Shown: piece after piece, positions 19,484 through 28,312 of the stretch
Position numbering within the stretch: position 1 is the first letter of the stretch
Layout: each line of letters opens with the position of its first letter
DNA from: an uncultured Syntrophaceae bacterium
GTDB taxonomy: Bacteria; Desulfobacterota; Syntrophia; Syntrophales; UBA6807
NCBI GenBank assembly: GCA_964523565.1
Contig: CAZGAK010000003.1
Coordinates: 11,700-75,699 of the forward strand
DNA length: 64,000 nt
Direction: 5' to 3'
Notes under the pieces: generated by a model
What the model was told of the DNA's origin: nothing
Seen by the model: the letters and a program-made list of their open reading frames with translations, nothing else
Databases searched by the model: none
Program-made: the position numbers and the translations under genes

Positions 19484-21061
19484 GTGGCAAAAAATAACAA
19501 CGGTGCGAATCTTGGGTTTGAAAACCAGTTATGGGCGGCGGCGGATAAGCTCCGGGGACATATGGATGCCTCGGAGTACAAACATGTTGTCCTTGGATTG
19601 ATCTTTTTGAAATATATCTCCGATACCTTCCAGGCCAAATATAAGAAACTGGAGGAGACCAGAGAGACGGAATACACCGACCCGGAAGACCGTGATGAAT
19701 ATGCCGCCGCCAATGTCTTCTGGGTGCCCAAAGAAGCCCGCTGGGAAGCCCTTAGGGTGGGGGCGAAGCAGCCTGCCATCGGCAAGCTCGTCGATGACGC
19801 TATGGTTGCCATCGAAAAGGAAAATCCCTTCCTCAAAAACGTTTTGCCCAAGGACTATGCACGTCCCGCCCTTGACAAATATCGTCTGGGCGAGCTTATC
19901 GACATCGTAAGCACAATAGGCCTCGGCGACGACGCGTCCCGCTCACAAGACATCCTGGGCCGTGTTTACGAATACTTTCTCGGAAAATTTGCCACCGCCG
20001 AAGGTAAAGGGGGCGGTGAATTTTATACGCCCCAATGCGTCGTCAAACTCCTTGTTCAAATGATCGAACCCTATAAAGGTCGTATTTATGATCCCTGCTG
20101 CGGTTCGGGAGGCATGTTCGTACAGAGTGAACGGTTTGTCAAAGAGCACGGCGGCAGGCGCGGCGATATCTCCATCTACGGGCAGGAGTCGAACGCAACA
20201 ACCTGGAAGCTTGCCAAAATGAACCTGGCCATCCGCGGCATCGATCCCAATCTTGGCTTACAACAGGCGGACAGTTTCAGCAACGATCTGCACAAAGATC
20301 TCAGGGCCGACTTTCTCCTTGCCAATCCCCCCTTCAATATGAGCGACTGGGGCGGCGAGCGGCTCAAGGACGATGTTCGCTGGAAATTCGGAGTGCCGCC
20401 GGTAAACAACGCAAACTACGCATGGATTCAGCATTTCATCCACCACCTCTCTCCGACGGGGATTTCCGGGTTTGTCATGGCCAACGGTTCCATGTCCACC
20501 AATACGGCAAGCGAAGGCGAAATCCGAAAAAGCATCATCGAGGGGGACTTCGTGGATTGTATGATCGCCCTTCCGGGGCAGCTTTTTTATACGACCCAGA
20601 TTCCCGTCTGTCTCTGGTTTGTCTCCCGGAACAAGAAAAACGGCAGATTCCGCAACCGATGCGGTCAGACCCTCTTTATCGATGCCCGAAAGATGGGAAC
20701 TCTTATAGACCGGGTTCACCGTGAACTTTCCGATGACGAGATCAACCGGATCGCCGGAACCTACCATGCCTGGCGAGGTGAACCGATAACCCCCTCTACC
20801 CCTGTGGGAGAGGGTGGGGGTGAGGGGTACAAAGATATCCCCGGGTTCTGCAAGTCGATCGAAACGAAAGAAATTAGAGACCACGGCTATGTTCTTACCC
20901 CTGGCCGCTATGTCGGCGCGGAAGAGGTGGCGGATGACGGCGAACCGCTCGAAGAAAAAATGACCCGACTCACGATACAATTAAAAGAACAGTTCTCTGA
21001 GTCATGCCGGCTGGAAGCAATAATTGCAAAAAACTTGAAAGGTCTTGGTTATGAAATTTGA
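19484..21061 (+). CDS. hsdM: type I restriction-modification system methyltransferase subunit M
   Basis: HsdM_N ([10 protein letters not shown]), SAM motif [10 protein letters not shown], catalytic LANPPFN. GTG start. Confidence 0.95.
   Translation: MAKNNNGANLGFENQLWAAADKLRGHMDASEYKHVVLGLIFLKYISDTFQAKYKKLEETRETEYTDPEDRDEYAAANVFWVPKEARWEALRVGAKQPAIGKLVDDAMVAIEKENPFLKNVLPKDYARPALDKYRLGELIDIVSTIGLGDDASRSQDILGRVYEYFLGKFATAEGKGGGEFYTPQCVVKLLVQMIEPYKGRIYDPCCGSGGMFVQSERFVKEHGGRRGDISIYGQESNATTWKLAKMNLAIRGIDPNLGLQQADSFSNDLHKDLRADFLLANPPFNMSDWGGERLKDDVRWKFGVPPVNNANYAWIQHFIHHLSPTGISGFVMANGSMSTNTASEGEIRKSIIEGDFVDCMIALPGQLFYTTQIPVCLWFVSRNKKNGRFRNRCGQTLFIDARKMGTLIDRVHRELSDDEINRIAGTYHAWRGEPITPSTPVGEGGGEGYKDIPGFCKSIETKEIRDHGYVLTPGRYVGAEEVADDGEPLEEKMTRLTIQLKEQFSESCRLEAIIAKNLKGLGYEI
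20783..20829 (+). repeat. GEG-type palindromic repeat embedded in-frame in hsdM
   Basis: ccgataaccccctctacccctgtgggagagggtgggggtgagggg is translated as [15 protein letters not shown], between AWRGE and [10 protein letters not shown]. Confidence 0.6.
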
Positions 21062-22136
21062 TCCGAAAAAGCCATGTAACGATCTTCCGTTGCTTCCGCC
21101 AAAGGCGGATATTGAGACAAAAGAGGTGCTCAAGAAAGCAATTACGGCAACGCGTGCACTGGCGGAACTCAAGGGGCTTGGCGAGACGATTCCCAACCAA
21201 GCCATTCTTGTAAATTCCCTCACTCTTCAAGAGGCCAAAGTAAGTTCAGAGATTGAAAATGTCATTACGACTAATGATGCACTTTTTAGGGCATTTACCG
21301 CCAGTACCACCAATATTGATTCCGCTACCAAAGAGGTTTTGAGATATCGGGAGGCGTTGTGGAAAGGATTTAACGCTCTTAAGGGGCGTCAGGTTCTGAC
21401 AACAAATCTTTTTGTGGATATTGTCAGGACAATCAAAAAAAATCAGGCCGGCATTCGAAATATCCCCGGAACAGCCGTCGCAAACGGTGTAACCGGCGAG
21501 GTGATTTTTACTCCGCCTGAAGGTGAATCGGTTATCCGAGACAAATTAAAGAATCTCGAAGACTTTATTCATGCTGAAGACTCCATAGATCCGCTAATCA
21601 AATTAGCTGTTATCCATTATCAGTTTGAATCAATTCACCCTTTTTTAGATGGCAATGGCAGGACAGGGAGAATTATCAACATTCTTTACCTTGTGTTCAG
21701 TGGCCTTCTGGAACTGCCGATTTTATATTTGAGCAAATATATCATTGAAAACAAGGGCGAGTACTACAAACTTTTGCGGCGGGTCACGGAACATGCCGAT
21801 TGGGAACCATGGATTCTTTATATGCTTAATGCTGTGGAGGACACGGCTCTGTTTACTAGAGAGAGGATTTTTGCGATCCGGGATCTGATGGAAAAAACAC
21901 GCCTTGTCGCCAAGGAAAAGTTGCCTGGTCGTGTTTATTCCAAGGAACTCATCGAGCTTCTGTTCCAGCAGCCATACTGTAAAATTGCGTTTCTTGTGGA
22001 TAAGGGAATCGCTTCACGTAATATTGCCAGCAATTACCTCAATGAACTAACCAAGATCAGCATTTTAAAAAAGGAAAAAATCGGAAATGAATTTGTGTTC
22101 CTTAATATACCGTTGTATGAACTGCTTACAAAATAA
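21051..22136 (+). CDS. Fic family protein (Fic_N + Fic core + C-terminal wHTH-like tail)
   Basis: Fic motif [12 protein letters not shown]; N-terminal inhibitory-type motif SSEIEN ([ST]xxxE[GN]). ATG at 21051 overlaps the last 11 nt of hsdM. Confidence 0.9.
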   Translation: MKFDPKKPCNDLPLLPPKADIETKEVLKKAITATRALAELKGLGETIPNQAILVNSLTLQEAKVSSEIENVITTNDALFRAFTASTTNIDSATKEVLRYREALWKGFNALKGRQVLTTNLFVDIVRTIKKNQAGIRNIPGTAVANGVTGEVIFTPPEGESVIRDKLKNLEDFIHAEDSIDPLIKLAVIHYQFESIHPFLDGNGRTGRIINILYLVFSGLLELPILYLSKYIIENKGEYYKLLRRVTEHADWEPWILYMLNAVEDTALFTRERIFAIRDLMEKTRLVAKEKLPGRVYSKELIELLFQQPYCKIAFLVDKGIASRNIASNYLNELTKISILKKEKIGNEFVFLNIPLYELLTK

Positions 22137-22248
22137 TAAGGGATACACCGGATCAGTGCATACCACGGAAGAGAGCACTAATATAGTTATAATCAGTGCA
22201 TACCGAAAAGTCATGCACTGATTTAGTGCATTGATGAACACGTTATAG

Positions 22249-22275
22249 AAACATGTCCATGGCATGGACATGTTT
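22249..22275. other. 27-bp perfect palindrome (13-bp arms, 1-nt centre)
   Basis: aaacatgtccatg-g-catggacatgttt, checked by hand reverse-complementing. Confidence 0.85.
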
Positions 22276-22319
22276 GATTGTGCGAGCTTCAATAAACGGC
22301 AATGATTCATGGCGGAGCT

Positions 22320-22376
22320 GATCAGCTCGAAGCCACCATCAAGAAGAACTTAGAGGTTCTGGATTATGGTGAGTGA
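22320..22376 (+). pseudogene. remnant of the 3' end of a second hsdM (about 18 codons), stop overlapping the hsdS start
   Basis: Translates DQLEATIKKNLEVLDYGE*, compared with the resident hsdM tail [18 protein letters not shown]. An upstream TAA closes the frame at about 22296. Confidence 0.6.
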
Positions 22377-23553
22377 TTGGACATCTACAACTGTTGGCTC
22401 CTTCTGCCCATTTGCATACGGGAAAGGACTGCCTGAGAAGAAACGCAACATGAATGGAAATATCAAGGTCTATGGTTCCAATGGTCCAGTGGGAGTGCAC
22501 GATCAGCCATTGGTAGACGAGTCTGGGATTGTCGTTGGCCGAAAAGGCACCGTCGGAGCCGTTCATTTTGCCCCTGAGCCATTTTGGCCAATTGATACCA
22601 CTTTTTATATAGTCGGTAAAGCTGACAGAGATCTTAGCTTCACGTATTACTTGCTCAAGTCAATTGGATTAGAACACATGAACGCAGATAGTGCTGTCCC
22701 CGGTCTGAATCGCGATGCAGCACATGCACGACCAATACTTGTTCCAGAACACCCTGAACAACGCGCTATAGCCCATATCCTCGGATCGCTGGACGACAAA
22801 ATCGAACTGAACCGCAAGATGAATGAAACACTGGAGGCAATGGCCCGCACCATCTTCAAGAGCTGGTTTATCGATTTCGATCCCGTCCGCGCCAAAGCCG
22901 AAGGCCGCGACCCCGGTCTTCCCAAAGAAATCGCCAACATCTTCCCCGACAGCTTCGAGGATTCGGAACTTGGAGAGATTCCGAAAGGATGGGAAGTCGG
23001 AGCCATTGCAGATTTGGCGAATGTGACAAGTGGAAAAAGACCGCAGAAAAGGTCAAAAGAGAAAACGGGAGAATTTACCATACCTTTGTATGGCGGCGGC
23101 GGCATTATGGCTTATGTCTCAACACCGATGATTTCAGAACCATTTTTACTGACAGGACGTGTTGGAACCCTGGGAAAAATATTTCGCATTACAGAAGAAT
23201 GTTGGCCGTCAGATAATACGCTTTTATTGTTTCCTTTGTGTAATTCCTATTTGGAATATCTTTATTTTATCCTCCATAGAATCGATTTTGATTCATTAAA
23301 CAGAGGTTCGACACAGCCGCTCGTAACCCAGACAGACATTAAGAATCAAAGAGTAGTTATTCCAAATGAGAATATTTTAAGATTTTATTGGCAACAAGTG
23401 CATCCAATGTTCGAGCGAATTGATAAGAATGATAAAGAGACCGCCACCCTTGCCTCTCTTCGCGACACACTACTCCCCAAACTCATTTCGGGCGAACTGC
23501 GAGTTCCGGATACGGAAAAATTCGTAGAGGAGGGGCTGGCCCATGACCAATAA
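22366..23553 (+). CDS. hsdS: type I restriction-modification system specificity subunit S
   Basis: Two target-recognition domains separated by the conserved central helix (LPEQRAIAHILGSLDDKIELNRKMNETLEAMARTIF), plus the C-terminal conserved helix (LASLRDTLLPKLISGELRV). Confidence 0.92.
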   Translation: MVSDWTSTTVGSFCPFAYGKGLPEKKRNMNGNIKVYGSNGPVGVHDQPLVDESGIVVGRKGTVGAVHFAPEPFWPIDTTFYIVGKADRDLSFTYYLLKSIGLEHMNADSAVPGLNRDAAHARPILVPEHPEQRAIAHILGSLDDKIELNRKMNETLEAMARTIFKSWFIDFDPVRAKAEGRDPGLPKEIANIFPDSFEDSELGEIPKGWEVGAIADLANVTSGKRPQKRSKEKTGEFTIPLYGGGGIMAYVSTPMISEPFLLTGRVGTLGKIFRITEECWPSDNTLLLFPLCNSYLEYLYFILHRIDFDSLNRGSTQPLVTQTDIKNQRVVIPNENILRFYWQQVHPMFERIDKNDKETATLASLRDTLLPKLISGELRVPDTEKFVEEGLAHDQ

Positions 23554-26500
23554 TAGCAAACAACTCAGCAATCCTTTTTCGACCGGTGGCGGTGGTGGAC
23601 AATTCGAGGCACATGTGCAGGCGTCTTTTGTCGTGCTCATGCTTACTGGCGGGTTTGTACCTTGTATGCCTTGCTGGCCTATCAGCAAGATAAAGCTACA
23701 AGGGAAATTTGCCGGATATGATACCGATGATCTTGTCGTTTTTGTCGAGAAGCCAGGTAGTAACCAGAAGCGGAAGATTCTTGGTCAGATCAAGCATTCC
23801 ATCAGCATCACTGAAAATGACAAAGTTTTCGGCGAGGTCATTCAGGCCGCATGGAACGACTTTAACAATACCAGTCTGTTTTCCAGAGGCAAAGATGCCA
23901 TTGCCCTTATCACCGGCCCATTGAGCGCAACGGATGTCAACGATGTGCGTACCATTCTTGAATGGGCAAGGTACTCGGAAAACGCTGACGAATTTATCAA
24001 AAAAGTAGAACTGACTCATTTCAGCAGCCAGAGAAAACAAAACAAGTTACAAACCTTCAAAACAAATCTGAAAAATGCTAATGGTGGCAATCCTGTTTCA
24101 GACGAAATTCTTTTTGAATTCCTGAAACATTTTCACCTTCTTGGCTATGACTTAGATATCAAGGCCGGAGTCACTTTATCGCTACTTCATTCTCTGATTG
24201 GTCAATATTCACAGGAGAATGCACAGTCGTTGTGGTCTCGACTTGTCGATGAGGTGCAATCTGCCAACAAGAACGCGGGCACCATTTCACCAGAAAGCCT
24301 TCCCGATGATTTACATACCGCCTTCAAGCAACGGGTCTATGAGGTCATCCCTCACGAGTTTTCATCTGGTCAGTTGCCGTCAGCCAAGCCAAATTGGAAT
24401 CAGTACCCATACGCTTCTGATCTGGTGATTGCCAATCTTCTTGGCGCATGGAATGAGAAAAACGCAGCCGATCTTGAAGTCGTTTGTCAACTCGCCAATG
24501 AGGAGTTTGGTTCTTGGATTCCCAAAATCAGGGAGATACTACAACAACCAGAAAGTCCAGTTTCCCTGAAAAACGGTAGGTGGCGTGTTACTGACCGGAA
24601 AAGCTTATGGCAGGCTTTAGGTACAAGGCTCTTTGATGATAATTTGGACAACTTGAAGCAGTGTGTTGTCACCGTCTTGTCAGAGCGCGATCCCCAGTTT
24701 GAATTATCTCCCGAAGAACGCTATGCCGCTATCATTCATGGGAAGGCATTGAAGCATTCACCAGAACTTCGGAAGGGTCTGGCTGAAAGTCTGACACTTC
24801 TTGGTACCCAACCCGACGATTTGAATAACTGCTCACAAAATAAGCCAGAAACTATTGCCGTTCTTGCTATTCGAGAAATCTTTGAGAATGCGGATTGGGT
24901 ATTGTGGGGCAGCTTGAATAATCTGCTCTCGGTTTTGGCTGAATCATCCCCTGATGAGTTTTTGAACGCGGTTGAAAATGCGTTGCAGCAAACTCCCTGC
25001 CCGTTTGACGAGCTATTCTCACAAGAAGGCGATGGCATCACCGGCAGAAATTACCTTACCGGCTTGCTTTGGGCGTTGGAAACTCTCGCATGGGATGAGA
25101 AATTCTTGGTTAGAGTGTGTGTGATTCTTGGTGATCTATCCACCCTTGACCCTGGTGGCAACTGGGCCAACCGTCCGACCAATTCCCTCACGACGATTTT
25201 GCTTCCGTGGCTTCCTCAAACCACGGCGTCTATCAATAAGCGCAAGGTTGCGCTGCAAACTCTTCAAAAGGAGGTTCCGGCAGTTGCATGGAAGCTCTTG
25301 CTCAGCCTACTGCCAAACCAGCACCAGATGTCAATGGGTGCTCATAAGCCTTCATGGCGTAATACCATTCCCGATGATTGGGTAAAGGGCGTGACTCAAA
25401 AGGAGTATTGGGAGCAGGTTACCTTTTACGCTGAACTGGCGGCTTCGATGGCAAGCCATGACATGGAAAAGCTGCATAAGCTTGTTGGTCATCTCGACAA
25501 CTTGCCTCAGCCTTCTTTCGACAAAGTTCTGGAACACCTGTCATCGGAAGCTGTATGCAGCAAACCAGAAGATGAACGTCTGGCACTTTGGACTGGACTG
25601 ACTAAGTTTGCCTTAAAGCACAGACGCTTTTCCGATGCAAAATGGGCACTGAGTTCTGACATCATTTCAAAAATCGAGAATGTTGCCGCAAAACTTGCCC
25701 CTACCAATCCATTAAACCTTCATCGCAGGTTGTTTAGCGGTCGTGACTTCGATCTCTACGAAGAAAAAGGAAACTGGGAAGAACAGCGGCGGAAGCTCGA
25801 TGAACGCCGTCAGCAGGCAATAAAAGATATCTTGGCCTATGGCGGAACGGATGCGGTAACCTGGTTTGCCGAATCTGTTAAGTTGCCTTTTCATGTCGGT
25901 CATTCCCTTGGTGTAATCGCCGAGCCAGAAATTGATAAAAGGATACTTCCAGCACTGCTGGAAACAGATAATAAGAAACTCGCACAATTCACAAGCGGCT
26001 ATATTTGGAGTCGCCGAAATAGCAATGGTTGGGCATGGGTCGATGGACTGGATAGATCGGGTTGGTCAGTCTCACAGATCGGCCAGTTTTTAAGCTATCT
26101 GCCCTTTACAGAGGAGGCTTGGTTTCGTGCGGGAGCGTGGCTTGGAGGGTCTGAAAATGAATATTGGAGTAGAACAAGTGCGAATCCTTATCAGCCAGAT
26201 GGCAACCTTGAGGATGCCATTGATAAACTGCTGGAAAATGAAAGGCCCAATGTTGCGATCAGCTGCCTGAATAGAATGCTCTATAACAAACAGCCGTTGG
26301 ATAAGTCGCAAAGCGTGAAGGCTCTTCTTTCTGCGGTATCTTCCAAAGAACCTTCATACGCGATGGACACATATGACATTGTTGAAATAATAAAGGCCTT
26401 ACAAGATGATCCTGACACTGATCCCGAAGATCTTTTCCGGGTTGAGTGGGCATACCTGCCCTTACTGGATCGATATCATGGCGCTTCGCCGGAGTTGTTG

Positions 26501-27118
26501 GAAAATCGACTCGCTTCTGACACAGCATTTTTCTGTGAGGTTATACGTCTTGTTTATCGTTCAAAAAAGAAGGGCAAATCCGAGAAAGAGCCAAACGAGC
26601 AGGAAAAATCCATTGCTACAAATGCGTGGAGACTCCTTCATGAATGGCGCACCCCACCAGGCATGCAGCCTGATGGCATTTTTTCGGGGGAGAAATTTAC
26701 ACAGTGGTTTGAACATACCAAGAAGGCGTGTGCTGAATCCGGGCATCTTGAAGTAGCCTTGACACATGTAGGACAAGTTCTAATTTATTGTCCACCTGAT
26801 CTGCAAGGATTATGGATAGATCAAACCGTTGCCAATGCACTCAATGCAAAGGATGCCGAGGAAATGCGAAACGGTTTCCGTACTGCAATTTTCAATTCTC
26901 GTGGGGTTCACTGGGTCGACCCAACTGGAAAACCAGAACGAGAGCTTGCCGAACAGTATAGACAAAAAGCCAATGAGGTTGAGAACGCTGGATATCAGCG
27001 TTTCGCAGTCACGCTTAGGAGCTTGTCAGAATCTTACAACCATGATGCGGATCGAATTATCGCCGAACATAAGGAGGAAGACAACGCCAGCAATAACGAG
27101 GAGAGGTCCAATGAATGA
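23543..27118 (+). CDS. 1191-aa uncharacterised protein; N-terminal Mrr/Cap4-like nuclease-type motif pattern and a long helical C-terminal region
   Basis: Uninterrupted 3.6-kb ORF. The ATG overlaps the hsdS stop by 11 nt, and the TGA overlaps the ATG of the hsdR stub. Motifs G15GGGGQFE, D60-T-D-D-LVVFVEK70 and Q82-I-K84-H. No Walker A found by eye. Confidence 0.8.
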   Translation: MTNNSKQLSNPFSTGGGGGQFEAHVQASFVVLMLTGGFVPCMPCWPISKIKLQGKFAGYDTDDLVVFVEKPGSNQKRKILGQIKHSISITENDKVFGEVIQAAWNDFNNTSLFSRGKDAIALITGPLSATDVNDVRTILEWARYSENADEFIKKVELTHFSSQRKQNKLQTFKTNLKNANGGNPVSDEILFEFLKHFHLLGYDLDIKAGVTLSLLHSLIGQYSQENAQSLWSRLVDEVQSANKNAGTISPESLPDDLHTAFKQRVYEVIPHEFSSGQLPSAKPNWNQYPYASDLVIANLLGAWNEKNAADLEVVCQLANEEFGSWIPKIREILQQPESPVSLKNGRWRVTDRKSLWQALGTRLFDDNLDNLKQCVVTVLSERDPQFELSPEERYAAIIHGKALKHSPELRKGLAESLTLLGTQPDDLNNCSQNKPETIAVLAIREIFENADWVLWGSLNNLLSVLAESSPDEFLNAVENALQQTPCPFDELFSQEGDGITGRNYLTGLLWALETLAWDEKFLVRVCVILGDLSTLDPGGNWANRPTNSLTTILLPWLPQTTASINKRKVALQTLQKEVPAVAWKLLLSLLPNQHQMSMGAHKPSWRNTIPDDWVKGVTQKEYWEQVTFYAELAASMASHDMEKLHKLVGHLDNLPQPSFDKVLEHLSSEAVCSKPEDERLALWTGLTKFALKHRRFSDAKWALSSDIISKIENVAAKLAPTNPLNLHRRLFSGRDFDLYEEKGNWEEQRRKLDERRQQAIKDILAYGGTDAVTWFAESVKLPFHVGHSLGVIAEPEIDKRILPALLETDNKKLAQFTSGYIWSRRNSNGWAWVDGLDRSGWSVSQIGQFLSYLPFTEEAWFRAGAWLGGSENEYWSRTSANPYQPDGNLEDAIDKLLENERPNVAISCLNRMLYNKQPLDKSQSVKALLSAVSSKEPSYAMDTYDIVEIIKALQDDPDTDPEDLFRVEWAYLPLLDRYHGASPELLENRLASDTAFFCEVIRLVYRSKKKGKSEKEPNEQEKSIATNAWRLLHEWRTPPGMQPDGIFSGEKFTQWFEHTKKACAESGHLEVALTHVGQVLIYCPPDLQGLWIDQTVANALNAKDAEEMRNGFRTAIFNSRGVHWVDPTGKPERELAEQYRQKANEVENAGYQRFAVTLRSLSESYNHDADRIIAEHKEEDNASNNEERSNE

Positions 27119-27299
27119 TAACGTCTCCAGCATCACCGAAAATACCCTCGAACAAACCACCCTTGATTGGGTCGAATCCTTGGGTTGGCAGACCGCTTTC
27201 GGTCCCGACATCAGTCCGAACCTGCTGGTACCGGACATGGCACGGCAGACGGGTTCCCACGGGGCAGGTAAACACGCAGACAGGGAGGCTGGCGTATGA
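27111..27299 (+). pseudogene. hsdR 5' stub (first ~40 codons homologous to the HsdR N terminus, then unrelated sequence and a stop)
   Basis: MNDNVSSITENTLEQTTLDWVESLGWQTAFGPDISPN... compared with the MSKTSENTLEQTTLDWFESLGWQTAFGPNISPD of hsdR at 28305. About 86% nt identity over 84 nt by hand alignment. Confidence 0.8.
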
Positions 27300-28312
27300 A
27301 CAGCGAAATTATATTCTACAGCACGCCGGATGGTGATAAGAAGATCGAGGTATTATTTCAGGATGAGAATTTTTGGTTGACGCAGAAGGATATTGCCCGG
27401 CTGTTCGGCGTTGAAGTACCCGCCATCAGCAAACATTTGGGGAACATCTACGAGACAGGAGAACTGGACAGGAAGTCAACTCTTTCCATTTTGGAAACAG
27501 TTCGCCAAGAGAGCAGTCGCAGCGTAAAGCGGAAGCTGGAATATTACAACCTCGACGCCATTATTGCTACGGGCTATCGGGTCAACAGCTATCAGGCCAC
27601 CCAGTTTCGCATCTGGGCGACCAAAACCTTGAAAGAGTTTATCATCAAGGGTTTTGTGCTGGATGATGAACGGCTCAAGCAGGGAAAGTGCTTTGGTAAG
27701 GATTATTTCGATGAACTCCTTGAACGTATCCGGGAGATTCGAGCCAGTGAACGACGTTTCTATCAAAAGATCACCGACATTTACGCGCTTGCGGCCGATT
27801 ACGACGAAGATGCGCCCATCACCAAGGATTTTTTTGCCACAGTGCAGAACAAGCTCCATTGGGCCATTACCGGCAAGACCGCCGCTGAAATCATCTATGC
27901 CTCGGCCGATGCAGGGAAAATACACATGGGTTTGACCAGTTGGAAACAGGCGCCTGACGGCAAGATAATGAAATCGGATGTTTCCGTCGCTAAAAACTAT
28001 TTAAACGAGGCGCACATCAAAGAATTGAACCGCATTGTTTCCGCCTATCTTGACCTTGCGGAAAATCGGGCTGAACGGCAAATGTTGATGAAAATGGAAG
28101 ATTGGATCCAGTTCCTTCACAAATTTCTGGAACTTTCCAACTATCCCATTCTTCAAGATAAGGGCAAAGCGAGCGCGATAGAGGCCAAACTCAAAGCCGA
28201 ACAGGAATATGACACCTATCGCAAGCGACAGGACCGGGAGTTCATTTCAGACTTTGACAGGGAAGTCAAACGGATTCAGGGCAAGCACAAGCAAGAGGGT
28301 GACGATGAGTAA
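27296..28312 (+). CDS. rhuM: RhuM-family protein
   Basis: N terminus IIFYSTPDGDKKIEVLFQDENFWLTQKDIARLFGV and YYNLDAIIATGYRVNSYQATQFRIWATK are typical of RhuM. The ATG overlaps the stub stop (ATGA) and the stop overlaps the hsdR ATG. Confidence 0.88.
   Translation: MNSEIIFYSTPDGDKKIEVLFQDENFWLTQKDIARLFGVEVPAISKHLGNIYETGELDRKSTLSILETVRQESSRSVKRKLEYYNLDAIIATGYRVNSYQATQFRIWATKTLKEFIIKGFVLDDERLKQGKCFGKDYFDELLERIREIRASERRFYQKITDIYALAADYDEDAPITKDFFATVQNKLHWAITGKTAAEIIYASADAGKIHMGLTSWKQAPDGKIMKSDVSVAKNYLNEAHIKELNRIVSAYLDLAENRAERQMLMKMEDWIQFLHKFLELSNYPILQDKGKASAIEAKLKAEQEYDTYRKRQDREFISDFDREVKRIQGKHKQEGDDE

Noticed and set aside
20258-20980. 240-aa minus-strand ORF inside hsdM (similar shadow ORFs lie opposite hsdS, hsdR and ORF1191)
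   Set aside because: The sense strand encodes complete, motif-bearing R-M proteins. These are frame shadows.
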